Origin: Octopus vulgaris
Lineage: Eukaryota
Direction of reading: 5' to 3'
DNA length: 64,000 nucleotides
Assembly (NCBI GenBank): GCA_951406725.2
Contig: OX597821.1
Coordinates: 84,320,001 to 84,384,000, forward strand
Shown: one piece after another, positions 14,131 to 27,172 of the stretch
Layout: each line of letters begins with the position of its first letter
Numbering within the stretch: the first letter of the stretch is position 1
Program-made: the position numbers and the translations under genes
Notes under the pieces: model-generated
Database searches by the model: none
The model's input: the letters and a program-made list of their open reading frames with translations, nothing else
What the model was told of the DNA's origin: nothing

Positions 14131-14508
14131 ATCCAAACAAGAAAGCACAAAAAAACACAACAACGCGAGGACGTGGAACAAATATAGTATTATTGGACGC
14201 TCAGGAAAGAAGGAAAGGAGGGTTTAATGTTTTGAGCGGAGCTCTTCGTCGGAAACATAGGAGAAGGAAAGATCCAGAGAAGGGAAGACAGAGGAAAAAA
14301 AAATCGCCAACGGGACACACGAGGTCACATTTTGAAAGACCGGAAGGAAAAGGGTCCATTTGCTATGCTGGCATGTGTTCGATGGTTTGACCAGAGCTGA
14401 CAAGCTGGAGAGCTGCACTAGGCTCCAGTCTGATTAGACATGGTTTCTATGACTGGATGCCTTTCCTAACACCAACCACTTTACAGTGTGTGCTATGTAC
14501 TTTTACAT

Positions 14509-14512
<4 letters not shown>
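13737..14512. repeat. Local inverted duplication: arms 13737-13887 and 14354-14512
   Basis: Arms are reverse complements with ~5 substitutions and one 8-nt indel (manual count); both abut (AT)n outside. Confidence 0.88.
14125..14345 (-). mobile_element. Probable Penelope-like element pseudo-LTR fragment
   Basis: Abuts (AT)n; minus strand carries tttCCGACGAagagctccgctcAAAAc, a degenerate minimal hammerhead arrangement typical of Penelope pLTRs. Confidence 0.45.
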
Positions 14513-14553
<41 letters not shown>

Positions 14554-14556
14554 ATG

Positions 14557-14594
<38 letters not shown>

Positions 14595-14849
14595 GTGTGT
14601 GTGTATGTATGTGTATGTATGTGTATATATATATATATATGTGTGTGTATGTATATATATATATATATATATATATACAGGCGCATGAGTGGCTGTGTGG
14701 TAAGTAGCTTGCTTACTAACCACATGGTTCCGAGTTCATTCCCAGTGTGTGGCATGTGTGGCACCTTGGGCAAGTGTCTTCTACTATACCCTCAGGCCGA
14801 CCAAAGCCTTATGACTGGATTTGGTAGAAACTGAAAGCCGCCGCCTGTC

Positions 14850-14890
<41 letters not shown>

Positions 14891-15524
14891 TATATGTGTG
14901 TGTGTGTTTGTGTTTTTCCTCCCCCAACATCGCTTGACAACCGATAGTGGTGTGTTTACGTCCCCATAACTTAGCAAATCAGCAAAAGAGACCGATAGAA
15001 TAAGTACTAAGCTTACAAAGAATAAGTCCTAAGGTTGATTTGCCCAACTAAAGGCGGTGCTCCAGCATGGCCACAGTCAAATGACTGAAACAAGTAAAAG
15101 AGAGTAAAGAGTATATACACGCACACAAGTATAAAAACCTGCATATGCATATGTATATTTACACAAAACTTATACATAAATATAATTACGCATACACTCT
15201 TCCACACACAAGCATACAAATAGACAGATACACACACACACACACACACCTGAGCAAAGATAGGAAGTGTTGCTATTAGGAGGTTGAGAAAATGGAAACA
15301 TGAAATTCCATGCGACGCCATAAAGTATACAAGTAAACCATTAGTAAACAAGCAGCAGTCACGACCTTTAGCCTTCTCCCTCCCACGCCTGATCTTAGAC
15401 AATTATCTCATCTCCCATGTTGTAAACTACATACAAAAGAGCACTGTGACCAGTAATTGTAGCTTCTCTCTGTCTTGTAACAAAGTCTAGGTGGGTAAGC
15501 ACATTGTCTGCCGGATGTACTCGA

Positions 15525-16235
15525 CTACCTGTGTATATGTAGCTCTATGTGTGTGTGTGCATGAGTACATGCATGTGTGTGTGTGTGTGTGTGTGTGCGA
15601 AGGTGTGACTGAGTGTGTACAGACGTCTATATATGTTTGTATTCATATATCTATATGCGTATGTGTCCCTGTACACATGTATGTGTGACCTCCCTGTACG
15701 TACATGTGTGCGTCCCTGTATATATGTATATGCATGTGTGTCCCCGTTATGTACCTATATGTGCATGTCCCTCTAAGCACGTATTTTATATCCTGTATGT
15801 ATATATGTGTGAGTGAGTGCACGTCCCTCTATGTATGTGTACATGTACCTGTATGTATGCAGGAGTGTGTGTGTGTATGTGAGAGACCCTGTATGTATAC
15901 ATCTGTGTGTGTTTCCTTGTCAGTATGCAAGTGTGTGTGTGCATGCTTGTTTGTGTACATGTGTGTGTGTGTGTTCTCATCAGTGTCATCGTGTCCTTGC
16001 ATTTGTGTAACCTTGCATTCATACCTGTATGAATGCATGTGCCTGTATGTATGTGCACCACTGTATGTATGTATGCATGTCTGCATGTGTGAGCATGTCT
16101 ATGTGTGCACATCCCTGCAGGTCTGCAGGTCCCTGCATGCATAAAAACAATGGCATGTGCATATCTGTATGCAAATATGAGTGCACAGTTGTATTTGTCT
16201 ATGCAACAATGCAAGCATGTGTCAGCATGTGATAG
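15525..16235. repeat. Long degenerate (GT)/(GTAT)/(GCAT) tract with recurring gtccct spacer
   Basis: ~700 bp of alternating RY sequence punctuated by tccct/gtccc. Confidence 0.8.
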
Positions 16236-16704
16236 ATACATGACTGCCAAATGATCAAGAAGGTTGCTTAACAATCATAAGGTACAGGTTTCAATCCCAT
16301 GGCATAGCACTTTGGGAAGGTACCTTTTATCATATCTCGGATTTTAAACTAGCCATATTCAGCCAAAATATTCTTCCTGTTTTATGTTCAAACTGGCTGG
16401 ATTCAGCCTCTTGCACCTAACCTACAATGTTAGTCTAAACAAATGTACAGTTATATCATCGAAAGCTTAAGGCTACAAGATAATAGAGGATAAAGTCAAA
16501 ACAAAATGAATAATTAAGCATTACATTTGATAGAATAATCCAAATGTCTAGAATTCTCACATACACCAACACCCTGATTCTACCTGAAAATTGCATGAAG
16601 AATACACATCTATGAAATACTCAGCCATATAACAATCCAAATCATTGAGCAGGTACAGTCAATTAAACAACTCAATACTCATAGTTGAAACTGATAGTGA
16701 TCCA

Positions 16705-17110
16705 TTTACTATGCACTTCAGTGCATGCGTCTATGAATCAATGAGTATGCACTACACTGCATGTCAGTGCACCTCAGCATATGTCTGCCTATGAATTTCA
16801 ATGCATGTGCCTGTGCACCTTAGCATGTCTGCACTTCAGCACATATTGTGCACCTTACTGTCTGTACCTGTGAACCTTAGTACACCTTAGCATGTGTATG
16901 CACCTTAGAACATGCATCTATGCACCTTATTGTCTGTATCTGTGTACTTTAATGTACATGTCTAAGCACCATAGCATACGTATCTGCATCTTAGCAAACC
17001 TGTCTGTGCACCTTAGCGTATGAGTGTACACCTTAATGTAAGTGTGTGTCCATGCACACTTGTGTGTATGCGTGTATCAGTCTGCAGTTGGATCTGTGCG
17101 CATGTGCACA
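16705..17110. repeat. Degenerate minisatellite, ~17-24-bp unit (tgcaccttagcatgt..)
   Basis: More than 15 diverged copies of tgcacct(t/c)a(g). Confidence 0.75.
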
Positions 17111-17743
17111 TTACAGTGAGCCAACCAGCCAGTCAGTCAATATCTTCTTGACTCCAACACATACATAAACTTTATACTGATTACTACTATTTTCACCAGA
17201 ACATTCTTCGTTAAGCTTCCCTTAATAATTATGGGAAAAAAAAAACTAAAAAGAAAATGAGAACGGGGGAGGGAGAGAGAGAGAGGTGTCAGGGAGAGAA
17301 CAAACAGCAAGTAGGAGTGAGAAAAAGAAATACATCTAAAGTAAAAAAGAACAAAAAAATTCAGTGAAGGTCCTGCAGATGAACATGTGAGACAGGTATA
17401 AAAAGCGGCAAATAAATTAAAAATCCATTTGGCATTGGAAAACAAACAAAAAAAAAAAAACAAATAAGAAAATAAAATAAAGAAAATAACAAAGAACAAC
17501 AAAAGGTAATTTACTTGTAAAGCAGTGTATTTAGAAAGTTAAAGCACAAAAGATGAAAAACAATAAGAAAGAAAAGCAGACAATTAAAACACCTGGGGAA
17601 AAGGTAAGGAGGCAGAGGGTGAGAGGATGAGGGAAAGTAGGAGGTAATGAAAATCAATGAAGTGGGGGAAGTAGTGGACTTTATAAAAATAGTGGTGTGT
17701 GTATGTGTGTGATATGTCTGTGTTGAATATATGTGTGTGTGTG

Positions 17744-17796
<53 letters not shown>

Positions 17797-18049
17797 AGTT
17801 TTTTTTTTTAATGTGGTTGGTCCTTTTGATTTCACAATTAAGAAAGAAAGGATAAGGAAGGACATGATATCTGAAGCCAAGAAAAATAAACATCCTCAGT
17901 GGTCAGAATTTGTCAAGACAACCTAGCTTGTCCTGCTGGTCTCTGACATATCTGAGCAACTACAAGTGGCTGTGTCATCTATCTCCCGTGGCACACTAAG
18001 ACATAAGGTTCAAGTTCTATTTGATGAAAGGAGAGTAGCCAATGCCTAG

Positions 18050-18240
18050 GGATACTGAAGAGAACAAGGTTATCATGTAATACCCGACATCTTAGCTCTT
18101 CTGATTTGAACCCTCTGTAGAGCTGGGTTTGGGGCATTGAAAGTATGAGGAATCAATTGTCAGTCCCATGAAGTCAAGGGCTCATTAGAAGCTGCTGTTG
18201 TGGGTTGTATGACAATCAACAACACTGTCACTGCAAACTC
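18050..18240 (+). pseudogene. Tc1/mariner transposase relic (C-terminal catalytic motif)
   Basis: 18097-18141 reads SSDLNPL*SWVWGIE, matching the SPDLNPLD.xWG motif; disrupted by stop codon. Confidence 0.45.
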
Positions 18241-19165
18241 ACACAAGTTTGACTTCACCCTTTGCCATAAAATCAAAATCAAATCAAATCAGAAAGCAGA
18301 ACCAAAATCGAAGTCGATCAACATCAATGGAAATTGCAGCTGTGATACCAGTGCCGGTGACAAGTAAGCAAACCGTCCGATTGTGGCCGTTGCCAGCCTC
18401 GCCTGTCCCCGTGCCGGTAGCATGTAAAAAGCACCATCCGTCCGTGGCTGTTTGCCAGCCCCATCTGGCACCTGTGCGGGTGGCACGTAAAAAGCACCCA
18501 CTACACTCACGGAGTGGTGGCGTTAGGAAGGGCATCGAGCCGTAGAAACACTGCCAGATCAGACTGGGCCTGATGCAGCCTTCTGGCTTCCCAGACCCCA
18601 GTTGAACCGTCCAACCCATGGAAAGCGGACGCTAAATGATGATGATGATTTCTTCATTAAATGTATTGCTTTTTTATTCACATTACTTTTGAATTAATCA
18701 CACATTATCTTGTAGCTTCAAGATTTCAACGGTACATTTGTATGTCTTTAGAATGACATTGTAGGGTAGGTGTGAGAGTTGGATCTGGTCAGTTTTAATA
18801 TAAAACAGGTAGAATATTAGGGCTAGACAGAGCTGAATTGAATGCTAAAGGGTTAACTGTTCACTTCAGTCATCAGATCCAAACTTCTGACAGATATTCA
18901 TCAGGATATTACCATTTCAACAGTCAATGACTAATCTCTAGTAATACAATACTGGTCTGAGTAACCTTTGTAGATGATTCAACCTCCTTGATGGTAGGGG
19001 AATCAACTCATCCCCACAAGAAGTTATTACTTCTGAAGTAGGAGCAAGAATCAATGGGAAACAAGTAAGGAATATAAATAAAAATTTTGCTACACTTGGA
19101 AAGTAGGAGTGCCATTTGGAATGTAGGAATATCACATCAATAAGTGAGACTGTTTATGACTTTAA

Positions 19166-19385
19166 CCCTTTAGCATTTAAACTGGCCATGTCCAGCCCAA
19201 ATTTTCTACTTCTTTTATGTTCAAACCATCCAGATCTGGCCTCTCAATCATATCCTACAATGTCATCCTCAAAATAAACCATCACATCAACAAATTCTCA
19301 GAACTACAAGATTATGCAGGATTAATTGAAAACAATGTGAATGAAAAAGCATTAGATTTGACAGAGTAATCTGAATGCTAAAGGG
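19166..19385. mobile_element. piggyBac-type MITE (TTAA TSD)
   Basis: TTAA|CCCTTTAGCATT ... AATGCTAAAGGG|TTAA. Related copies: ~3900-4130, 16340-16550, 18650-18856, 20408-20635, 21262-21487, 45828-46750 (interrupted), 47433-48055 (interrupted by SINE). Confidence 0.85.
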
Positions 19386-20122
19386 TTAAAAGACAATAGT
19401 ATAAGGGTGATGTATTTGGTTTTTTTTTTTTTTTTGGTAACTGTAATTATTGTGGTCAAAAAGTAGTGACATTTCTGTCAAGAATTACAATCAACAGATA
19501 GTACCGGCAATCAATGCTATAGCATGGCTGTGTGGTATGAAGTTTGCTTTCCAACCACATAGTTCTGGGTTTAGCCTCATGTATAACAATTTGGGCAAAT
19601 TTCTTGTTATAACCATGGGTCAATCAAGGCTTTGTGAAAGCATTTGGTAGAGGAAAACTAAAAGAAACCCATCATGTGTATGTGTGTTAGTGTCTCTATG
19701 CTTTGCTATCGTGTGATAGTTGAAAACAAATATCACCAACATGCAAGCGGTGTCCTTCAAGCTCAATCTTCTGTGAAAACATATCTGGTCATAGGAAAGT
19801 ATTACCTTCCTTCGTTGGAAATAGGTTGAGTGTAAGTGACAAGAAAATCCATCTTTATACAATTCCCTCTAACCCATGCAAGCATGGAAAAGTGGACATC
19901 AAAATAACGATGAAGATGAATTTGAAAAACCAGAACAAAAAAAAGGCAACATTTTCCCTTAGTTTTACTGGAAGATCAAGTGCCAGCCCCATCTACACCA
20001 ATTATTCTGGCAAGTAGAGTTCTGAAATGTTACAGCCATTGGCATGCTGTCGGTTATGACAATGAAGGTTCCAAATGATCTGATCAATGGAACAGCCTGA
20101 TCCTGAAATTAAGCAAGTGGAA

Positions 20123-21757
20123 GTGAACATACCAGACATGTATATAAAGGTTAACTGTTAACGTTTAGCCCTTGGACAACTGTTTGACCATAGCTAGGAT
20201 GAAAGGTGTTCTCTCTGTGACTAGTTTAACTTTGGGCGAAGCTTATCTGTGATTACTGTATCTGATATGTTCTCTTTTTAACCGTTTTCATACCAACCCA
20301 CCTGAGAGACTGTCCTAGGTTCTGTGATTAAAAAAACTTATTTTATAGTATCTAAATTAAAAACCTTATATTAAAATTTTGTGTTAATGTATGCTAGAAA
20401 CACCAACTTAACCCTTTAACATTCAAACTGGCCATATTTGGTTGAAATATTCTACCTGCTTTATGTTGAAACCAGCCAGATCAAGCCTCTCACACTTATC
20501 CTACAATGTCATTTGGAATGTAAGCAACTACATCATCAAAATCCCAAAGCTATGAAATAATACATGATTACTTCAAGCCAATGTGAATGAGAAACTATTA
20601 CATTTGACTGAGTAATCTGAATGCTAAAGGCTTAAAAGTTGCAAAGTTATTTTACGAAATTCTTCTCCTTTAAAATTAATTGAAACAAAGGCAGTGAATT
20701 TCAACAGGAATGTGGTAATGAAAGGGTTAAGGTGGTAGGGTAGGTCAAGTGACTACATAAAGGCTCTCTCATTGGCTGTACTTGTATGTGTGCTCCACTC
20801 ATACAAGTACACTTGACGTAGTTCTTAAGGAGAATTAGTGTGAGACAATAATGACAAGACTGTCCTTTTGAATTACAGGTATGACTTCTCCTTGCCAGTT
20901 GAGTGGACTGGAGCAACATCAAATAAAGTGTCTTACTAAAGAACACAACACACTGCCAGGAATTGAACTCACAAACTGCCAAATACCCTAACCACTAAGC
21001 CATGTGCAATGAACTCCATTTTTAAACCTGACTATTTGAAGGGCTGAAAAGGAAAAAAAATCTGTTGTTTGTTTGCTTGTCCTTTTATGGGTGTATTACA
21101 ACACAACACCTGACAGGAGCCAATGAGAGAGCCTTTATGTAGTCATTTGACCTGCCCTACCACCTTAACCCTTTCATTACCACATTCCTGTTGAAATTCA
21201 CTGCCTTTGTTTCAATTAATTTTAAAGGAGAAGAATTTCGTAAAATAACTTTGCAACTTTTAAGCCTTTAGCATTCAGATTACTCAGTCAAATGTAATAG
21301 TTTCTCATTCACATTGGTTTGAAGTAATCATGTATTATTTCATAGCTTTGGGATTTTGATGATGTAATCGCTTACATTCCAAATGACATTGTAGGATAAG
21401 TGTAAGAGGCTTGATCTGGCTGGTTTCAACATAAAGCAGGTAGAATATTTCAACCAAATATGGCTAGTTTGAATGTTAAAGGGTTAAGTTGGTGTTTCTA
21501 GCATACATTAACACAAAATTTTAACATAAGGTTTTTAATTTAGATTACTATAAAATAAGTTTTTTTAATCACAGAACCTGGAACAGTCTCTCGGTTGGTT
21601 AAAAAGAGAACATATCAGATACAGTAATCACAGATAAGCTTCGCCCAAAGTTAAACTAGTCACAGAGAGAACACCTTTCATCCTAGCTATGGTCAAACAG
21701 TTGTCCAAGGGCTAAAAGTTAACAGTTAACCTTTATATACATGTCTAGTATGTTCAC
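20123..21757. repeat. Large local inverted duplication: arms 20123-20777 and 21118-21757, 340-bp spacer
   Basis: Arms are reverse complements over ~640 bp with roughly 12 substitutions, a 1-nt and a ~16-nt indel (manual count); includes nested TTAA MITEs and flanking sequence. Confidence 0.95.
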
Positions 21758-22496
21758 CGTCATCAATTCAGTTTTTTTTCAATAAAATAGTTTTTAACTA
21801 TTAGTGGTGAGATATAGATATATTTTCTTGGTAAGCTTTCCTCACAGAGAATCTTCCTCGTCGTGAACTGATGCTGGTGAACTTGCCTGTAATCCTTATA
21901 TTAGAGTCTATGGCATGTTGAAGGCTTTGTATTCAGAACAATGCAATTGCACAGAAGTGTGTTACTGTGTTGGTGACATTTGTCCTTAGAATAACAGAAC
22001 ATTGAAGATGCAAATACCTCATTAGTTTGATTGATGAAAAACAAGGCTGTGATGTACCAAGAACACCCCACCCACTAATCATTAGTGTGACTTTTTACTT
22101 GTAATAGATCGACAAGCCAGACACCCTTCAAATGCTAGTATCACTTGTACTCAACATATAAGTATTCCATACACAGCTCTAAAAATAAATGTCACTTGTA
22201 CTATGACATCACTCCAATACTGAGATCACTTCTACTTAGGAAATCTAAGATTTCAGACAATTCATCAATGCCGCTTCCCAGATCCTAAACACAACAATAA
22301 TTCCACAGATGTGTCGCCCACACTGACAAATACTGTAAGGATTGCTTCAGACTTTCCATTCTTTTGGATCTGAATAATTGAAACGAGATCAAATTTGGAT
22401 ACCAAGATATCAAGAGTTAAACAGAGGATTGTTTAAAAAAAAATGAACAAAAGCAAATAAAGTCTATATAACGTAAGAAAGTAATAAAGCAAATAC

Positions 22497-22572
22497 CTTA
22501 TGTTAAGGACCTTCAGGCTAAAAGATTCCTTTCTGTCATGAAGTTTGTCAATAAGGCTCAGGACAGTGACAC
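22497..22572 (-). CDS. LRRC41: LRRC41-like exon G (76 nt, phase 1-2); absent from ORF track
   Basis: aactttacag| acceptor, AG|gtattt donor; GVTVLSLIDKLHDRKESFSLKVLNI continues the frame of exon F and starts a further LRR. It follows a ~17.5-kb intron. Confidence 0.75.
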
Positions 22573-22797
22573 CTGTAAAGTTAAAAGATGAAAAAGAATA
22601 TCAGTTTTCACAGACACACTCTGGAAAGTCAGTCTAAATAGATCAGTGAAGTTATCTTAAACATTCAATAAGTTACTATTCTAATATTTAGGTCTTTTTC
22701 TCTTTTTACTTTTTTTTTTTTTGCTTCGCTTACATTCTATAATGTAACAATAAAAAGAGTGGAATGAACAACAACAATGATAATAATTTTACAATAA

Positions 22798-23205
22798 TAC
22801 TCTTTTTACTCTTTTACTTGTTTCAGTCATTTGACTGCGGCCATGTAGGAGCACCGCCTTTAATCGAGCAACTCGATCCCGGGACTTATTCTTTTGTAAG
22901 CCCAGTACTTATTCTACCGGTCTCTTTTGCCGAACCGCTAAGTGACGGGGACATAAACACACCAGCATCGGTTGTCAAGCAATGTTAGGGGGACAAACAC
23001 AGACACACACACACACACACTCATATATATATACATATATACGACAGGCTTCTTTCAGTTTCCGTCAACCAAATTCACTCACATGGCTTTGGTCGGCCCG
23101 AGGCTAAAGTAGAAGACGCTTGCCCAAGGTGCCACACAGTGGGACTGAACCCGGAACCATGTGGTTGGTAAACAAGCTACTTACCACACAGCCACTCCTG
23201 CGCCT
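22798..23205 (-). mobile_element. Full-length family-1 SINE (subfamily a)
   Basis: A/B boxes and tail intact; diagnostic taatcgagcaactcgatcccgggac and ggtaaacaagc. Confidence 0.9.
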
Positions 23206-24619
23206 ATGATAATTTTCCATGTGATTTTCCATGCTGGCGAAGTCAATTAGTTTTTGGAGTTACTGCCATCTAATGAATAGCAGAAGGGTCAAGGACTACA
23301 TTTCAGTTGTACATTTCCTTTTTGGCATGATTTCTATGGTTGAATTCTCTTCCCATCACCACACACTTTACCGTGTGCATTGAGTGCATTCTATTGTGAC
23401 ACACTGCACTAGAGAGATTGTTTTGTCTCCAGTAAAACCAGATAATTCTCTCTATATTACGTTTCACAACCACCTTACAAAATCTGCTGGGTGCATTCTG
23501 TGGTATATGTATAGGAAACCGAGTTGTTGTGTCACCACTAGGATGTCAACTCCAGAAGATTGTCTAACCCCAGGTAGATAGAAGTGATGAAAAAGGCCCA
23601 AGGGAGTGATATAATACAGAGTAACAAAAGATAACTTGAGAAATATAGCAACAGCAACCCGGCATGGAGTGATGGAAAATCAGTTGCGTCTATAGAAAAT
23701 TGCAGGAGTTGCTCAAGAGAAACAAAGCAAACAGACAATATGTTTAGAAATTACATGTACAGGAAGTAAGGATACTAGACGATATCATGTGAGAATATGT
23801 TATCATACAGAACCAATCAAATCATGATGGTACGGAATGGCAAACACTAATGTACTGCTAATAAGAAAAACCATATTCCTTGAGTTACAGACAAAACAAA
23901 TCATGATAATTAGTTATGTCCTTTTATGTTTTGAGTTCAAATTTTATCAGAGGCTACTTTACTTTGTATTTTTCAAAGATTGTTGAATAAGCAAAAGAAC
24001 AGAGAATCGTATTAACTATACAGGCGTAGGAGTAGCTGTGTGGTAAGTAGCTTGCTTATGAATCACATGGTTCTGGGTTCAGTCCCACTGTGTAGCCAAC
24101 CAAAGCCTTGTGAGTGGATTTGGTAGATGGAAACTGAAAGAAGCCCATGTTTACATCCCCATGACTTAGCGGTTCAGCAACAGAGACCAATAGAATAAGT
24201 ACTAGGCTTACAAAGAATAAGTCATGGGGTCAATTTGCTTGACTAAAGGCGGTGCTCCAGCATGGCCACAGTCACATGACTGAAACAAGTAAAAGAGTAT
24301 ACTTTCCATTTCCATTTGTGGACCCTTGTATTTATATTATTAGTTATTATTATTATTATTATATTCATCATCATCATCGTTTAACGTCCGTTCTCCATGC
24401 TAGCATGGGTTGGACGGTTCGACCGGGGATCTGGGAAGCCCGAAGGCTGCACCAGGCTCCAGTCTTATCTGGCAATGTTTCTACAGCTGGATGCCCTTCC
24501 TAATGCCAACCTCTCCGTGAGTGTAGTGGGTGCTTTTTACGTGCCACCTGCACAGAGAATTAGTTATTATTATTATTATTATCATCATTATTATTATTAT
24601 CATTATTATTGTTACAGCA

Positions 24620-24920
24620 AGGGTACACGGCCTAGTGGTTAAGGTGTTGCATTCACAATTCTGAAATCATGGTTTCAATTCCCAGACCAGCTGGTGTGTG
24701 GTGTTCTTGAGCAAAACACTTCATCTCGCATTGCTCAGCAATCACTTCAACACCTGACACATGGTACACCATGCACCTGCTAAGGTAACGTCAATTTGAT
24801 GGAGTAAGCGAACTAATGTACAGGACATACATTTGACCACCATAAACTAATCATTTGTGCAGGTCATTTGGCAAGAAAACTGAACAATGATATGTTGTCT
24901 TTGACAGGAGAGTCCGTCAT
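24620..24920 (+). mobile_element. Older tRNA-derived SINE
   Basis: ggcctagtggttaaggtg (A box), ggtttcaattccc (B box), ttcttgagcaaaacacttcat core as in 6410-6655. Confidence 0.6.
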
Positions 24921-26951
24921 TATTGCTGCTACTGCAACTACTACCATTATTACTATTTCATTATGAAACAACTGTTGTCACATGTAGGACAGATCGAGTT
25001 ATCAGCTAAATCTACTGTGAGTGCAACCATGCTACCCACTATTGGGTAGGAACAGCAAGCAAAAGTGACCACATGATGAACAAGATTGAGAGTTCTGAAG
25101 AGACATCTTCTTTGGCCTTGTCCTCATCAAGCTTTTAAAGTTCCACTTGGACAAGAAAATGTTGCCCTTCATTAAATTTATTGGAAGGTGCATGTGAGAG
25201 GTAAGAATGGCCTAAATGAATGGAACTGCATTTAGTCCACATCATTAAATCAGAGAACAGTTAAGAGAGAACATTTTCCCTTGAGAGTAAGGATCATTCT
25301 GAATCTGTGGAGTTCTTTGGCATAAGATTCTTCGACAAAAGTACACAAGAGGCACAACATATACCCTTATTGGGACATCGCATGTTGTGTACTTTTGTTT
25401 TCCATTTCTACTTTTCCAGTCAGTTCTGTGTAAACTCCGATAATTTTTATAACATACCTACAATATTCAATTGATCCATTACCCTAGTCAAAAATAAAAG
25501 AAATTAGCTGGTAAACTCGTTAGAGTGCTAGAAAAATATGTGCTTTTTCTTCCAGCTCTCAATATTCTGGGTTCAAATCATGCCAAAATCAACATTACTT
25601 TTTATCTCTTCAGGTTTAATAAAATAAAATACCCAGTCATACACTGGGAATGAAGGTGAGGTGTGGGTATGGCTATGTGGTAAGAAGTTTTTCTTCCTAA
25701 GCATATGGTTCCCCCACTATGTGTCACCTTGGGCAAGTGTCTTCTATTATAACCTTGGATCAACAAAAGCTTTGTGGGTGGATTTGGTAGATGGAAACTG
25801 AAAGAAGACTGTTTTATATATATATAGGTGTGTGTTGGTGTGTTTATGTCCCCGTAACTTAGTGGTTTGGCAAAAGTGACCAATAGAGCAAGTACAAGGA
25901 AATAAAAGGAAATAAGAAATGGAGTCGATTATTTCAGCTAAAATTACTCAAGGCGGTGCTCCAGTGTGGCCGCAGTCCATTGACTGTAACAAGTACGAAA
26001 AGGATTTAAAAAAAAAAAAAAAGACTAAGCTCCTCACCCAAATTTCAAACTTTGTGCCTATATCAGAAACCTTATAAGGACAAGAATTAACAGAATCTGT
26101 AGAATATTCTTCTAAATATCTTGAGGTATTTAGTGGCATTCTATGTTTTCATTTCAAATCCTGCCAGACTCATTTAGCTTCCATTCTTGTGGGATTGCTA
26201 AGACAAGTGCCAGCAAAGTAGTAAGGTCTGACTTAATTGACTGTTCACTCTCCAAAATGTATGGCCTTGTGCTAGAGTTACAAATCATCATAATATTAGT
26301 TATTGCTAATTAATTAATTATAAGATCTTCTGCAAATTATAACTACAGATTCAGATAATTTATGGATTTGTTTTAATTAACACCGTTTGAGAAAACTCAT
26401 GCAACGTTAAACTTTGTTGAAATACATTGCTGTCCTATGTACTGTTAATATTACAACTGCTAACAGTTTCTAGTTAGCTAAGTAACGAGCTAGCTAAATA
26501 TAAAGTCTACTAATTAGAGATGGTAATTAAATAAAACAGGGCATACAAACTGTACATATTACTACATTGTACACTGGTGGTAGAAAGGAGAGCACAAAAA
26601 CATTTTATTTTATTTAGTTTGGGGGGTGGAAATGCTATTGTTTTTTCAGGTCTTCTTCCTCGAAAAGAAAAGATTAGGGGGGTCCATACACACACACACA
26701 TACACACGCAAATGTATGCACACATGAAAATATGTACGCGTGCATATGTGTATTGTACTGTAAAAACGGAGACAGTTAACACATAAGCACATACATATAA
26801 AGGTAAACATAGGCACTCATCCAGTGTGTGTGTGTGGACACACGTGTTTCTATATTTGTTTGTGGCTATTTATTTAAAACCTGTAGTGAGTTGCTTCGTA
26901 TGGAGTTTGATTGGAGTATATATGAGGACATGTGAATGTCCACATATATAC

Positions 26952-26985
<34 letters not shown>

Positions 26986-27059
26986 AGGGCTGTGTCTGAT
27001 AGATAGTGATAAACATTAACAAGTGTGTGACTGTGTGTATATACATATACACATGTGTA

Positions 27060-27172
<113 letters not shown>

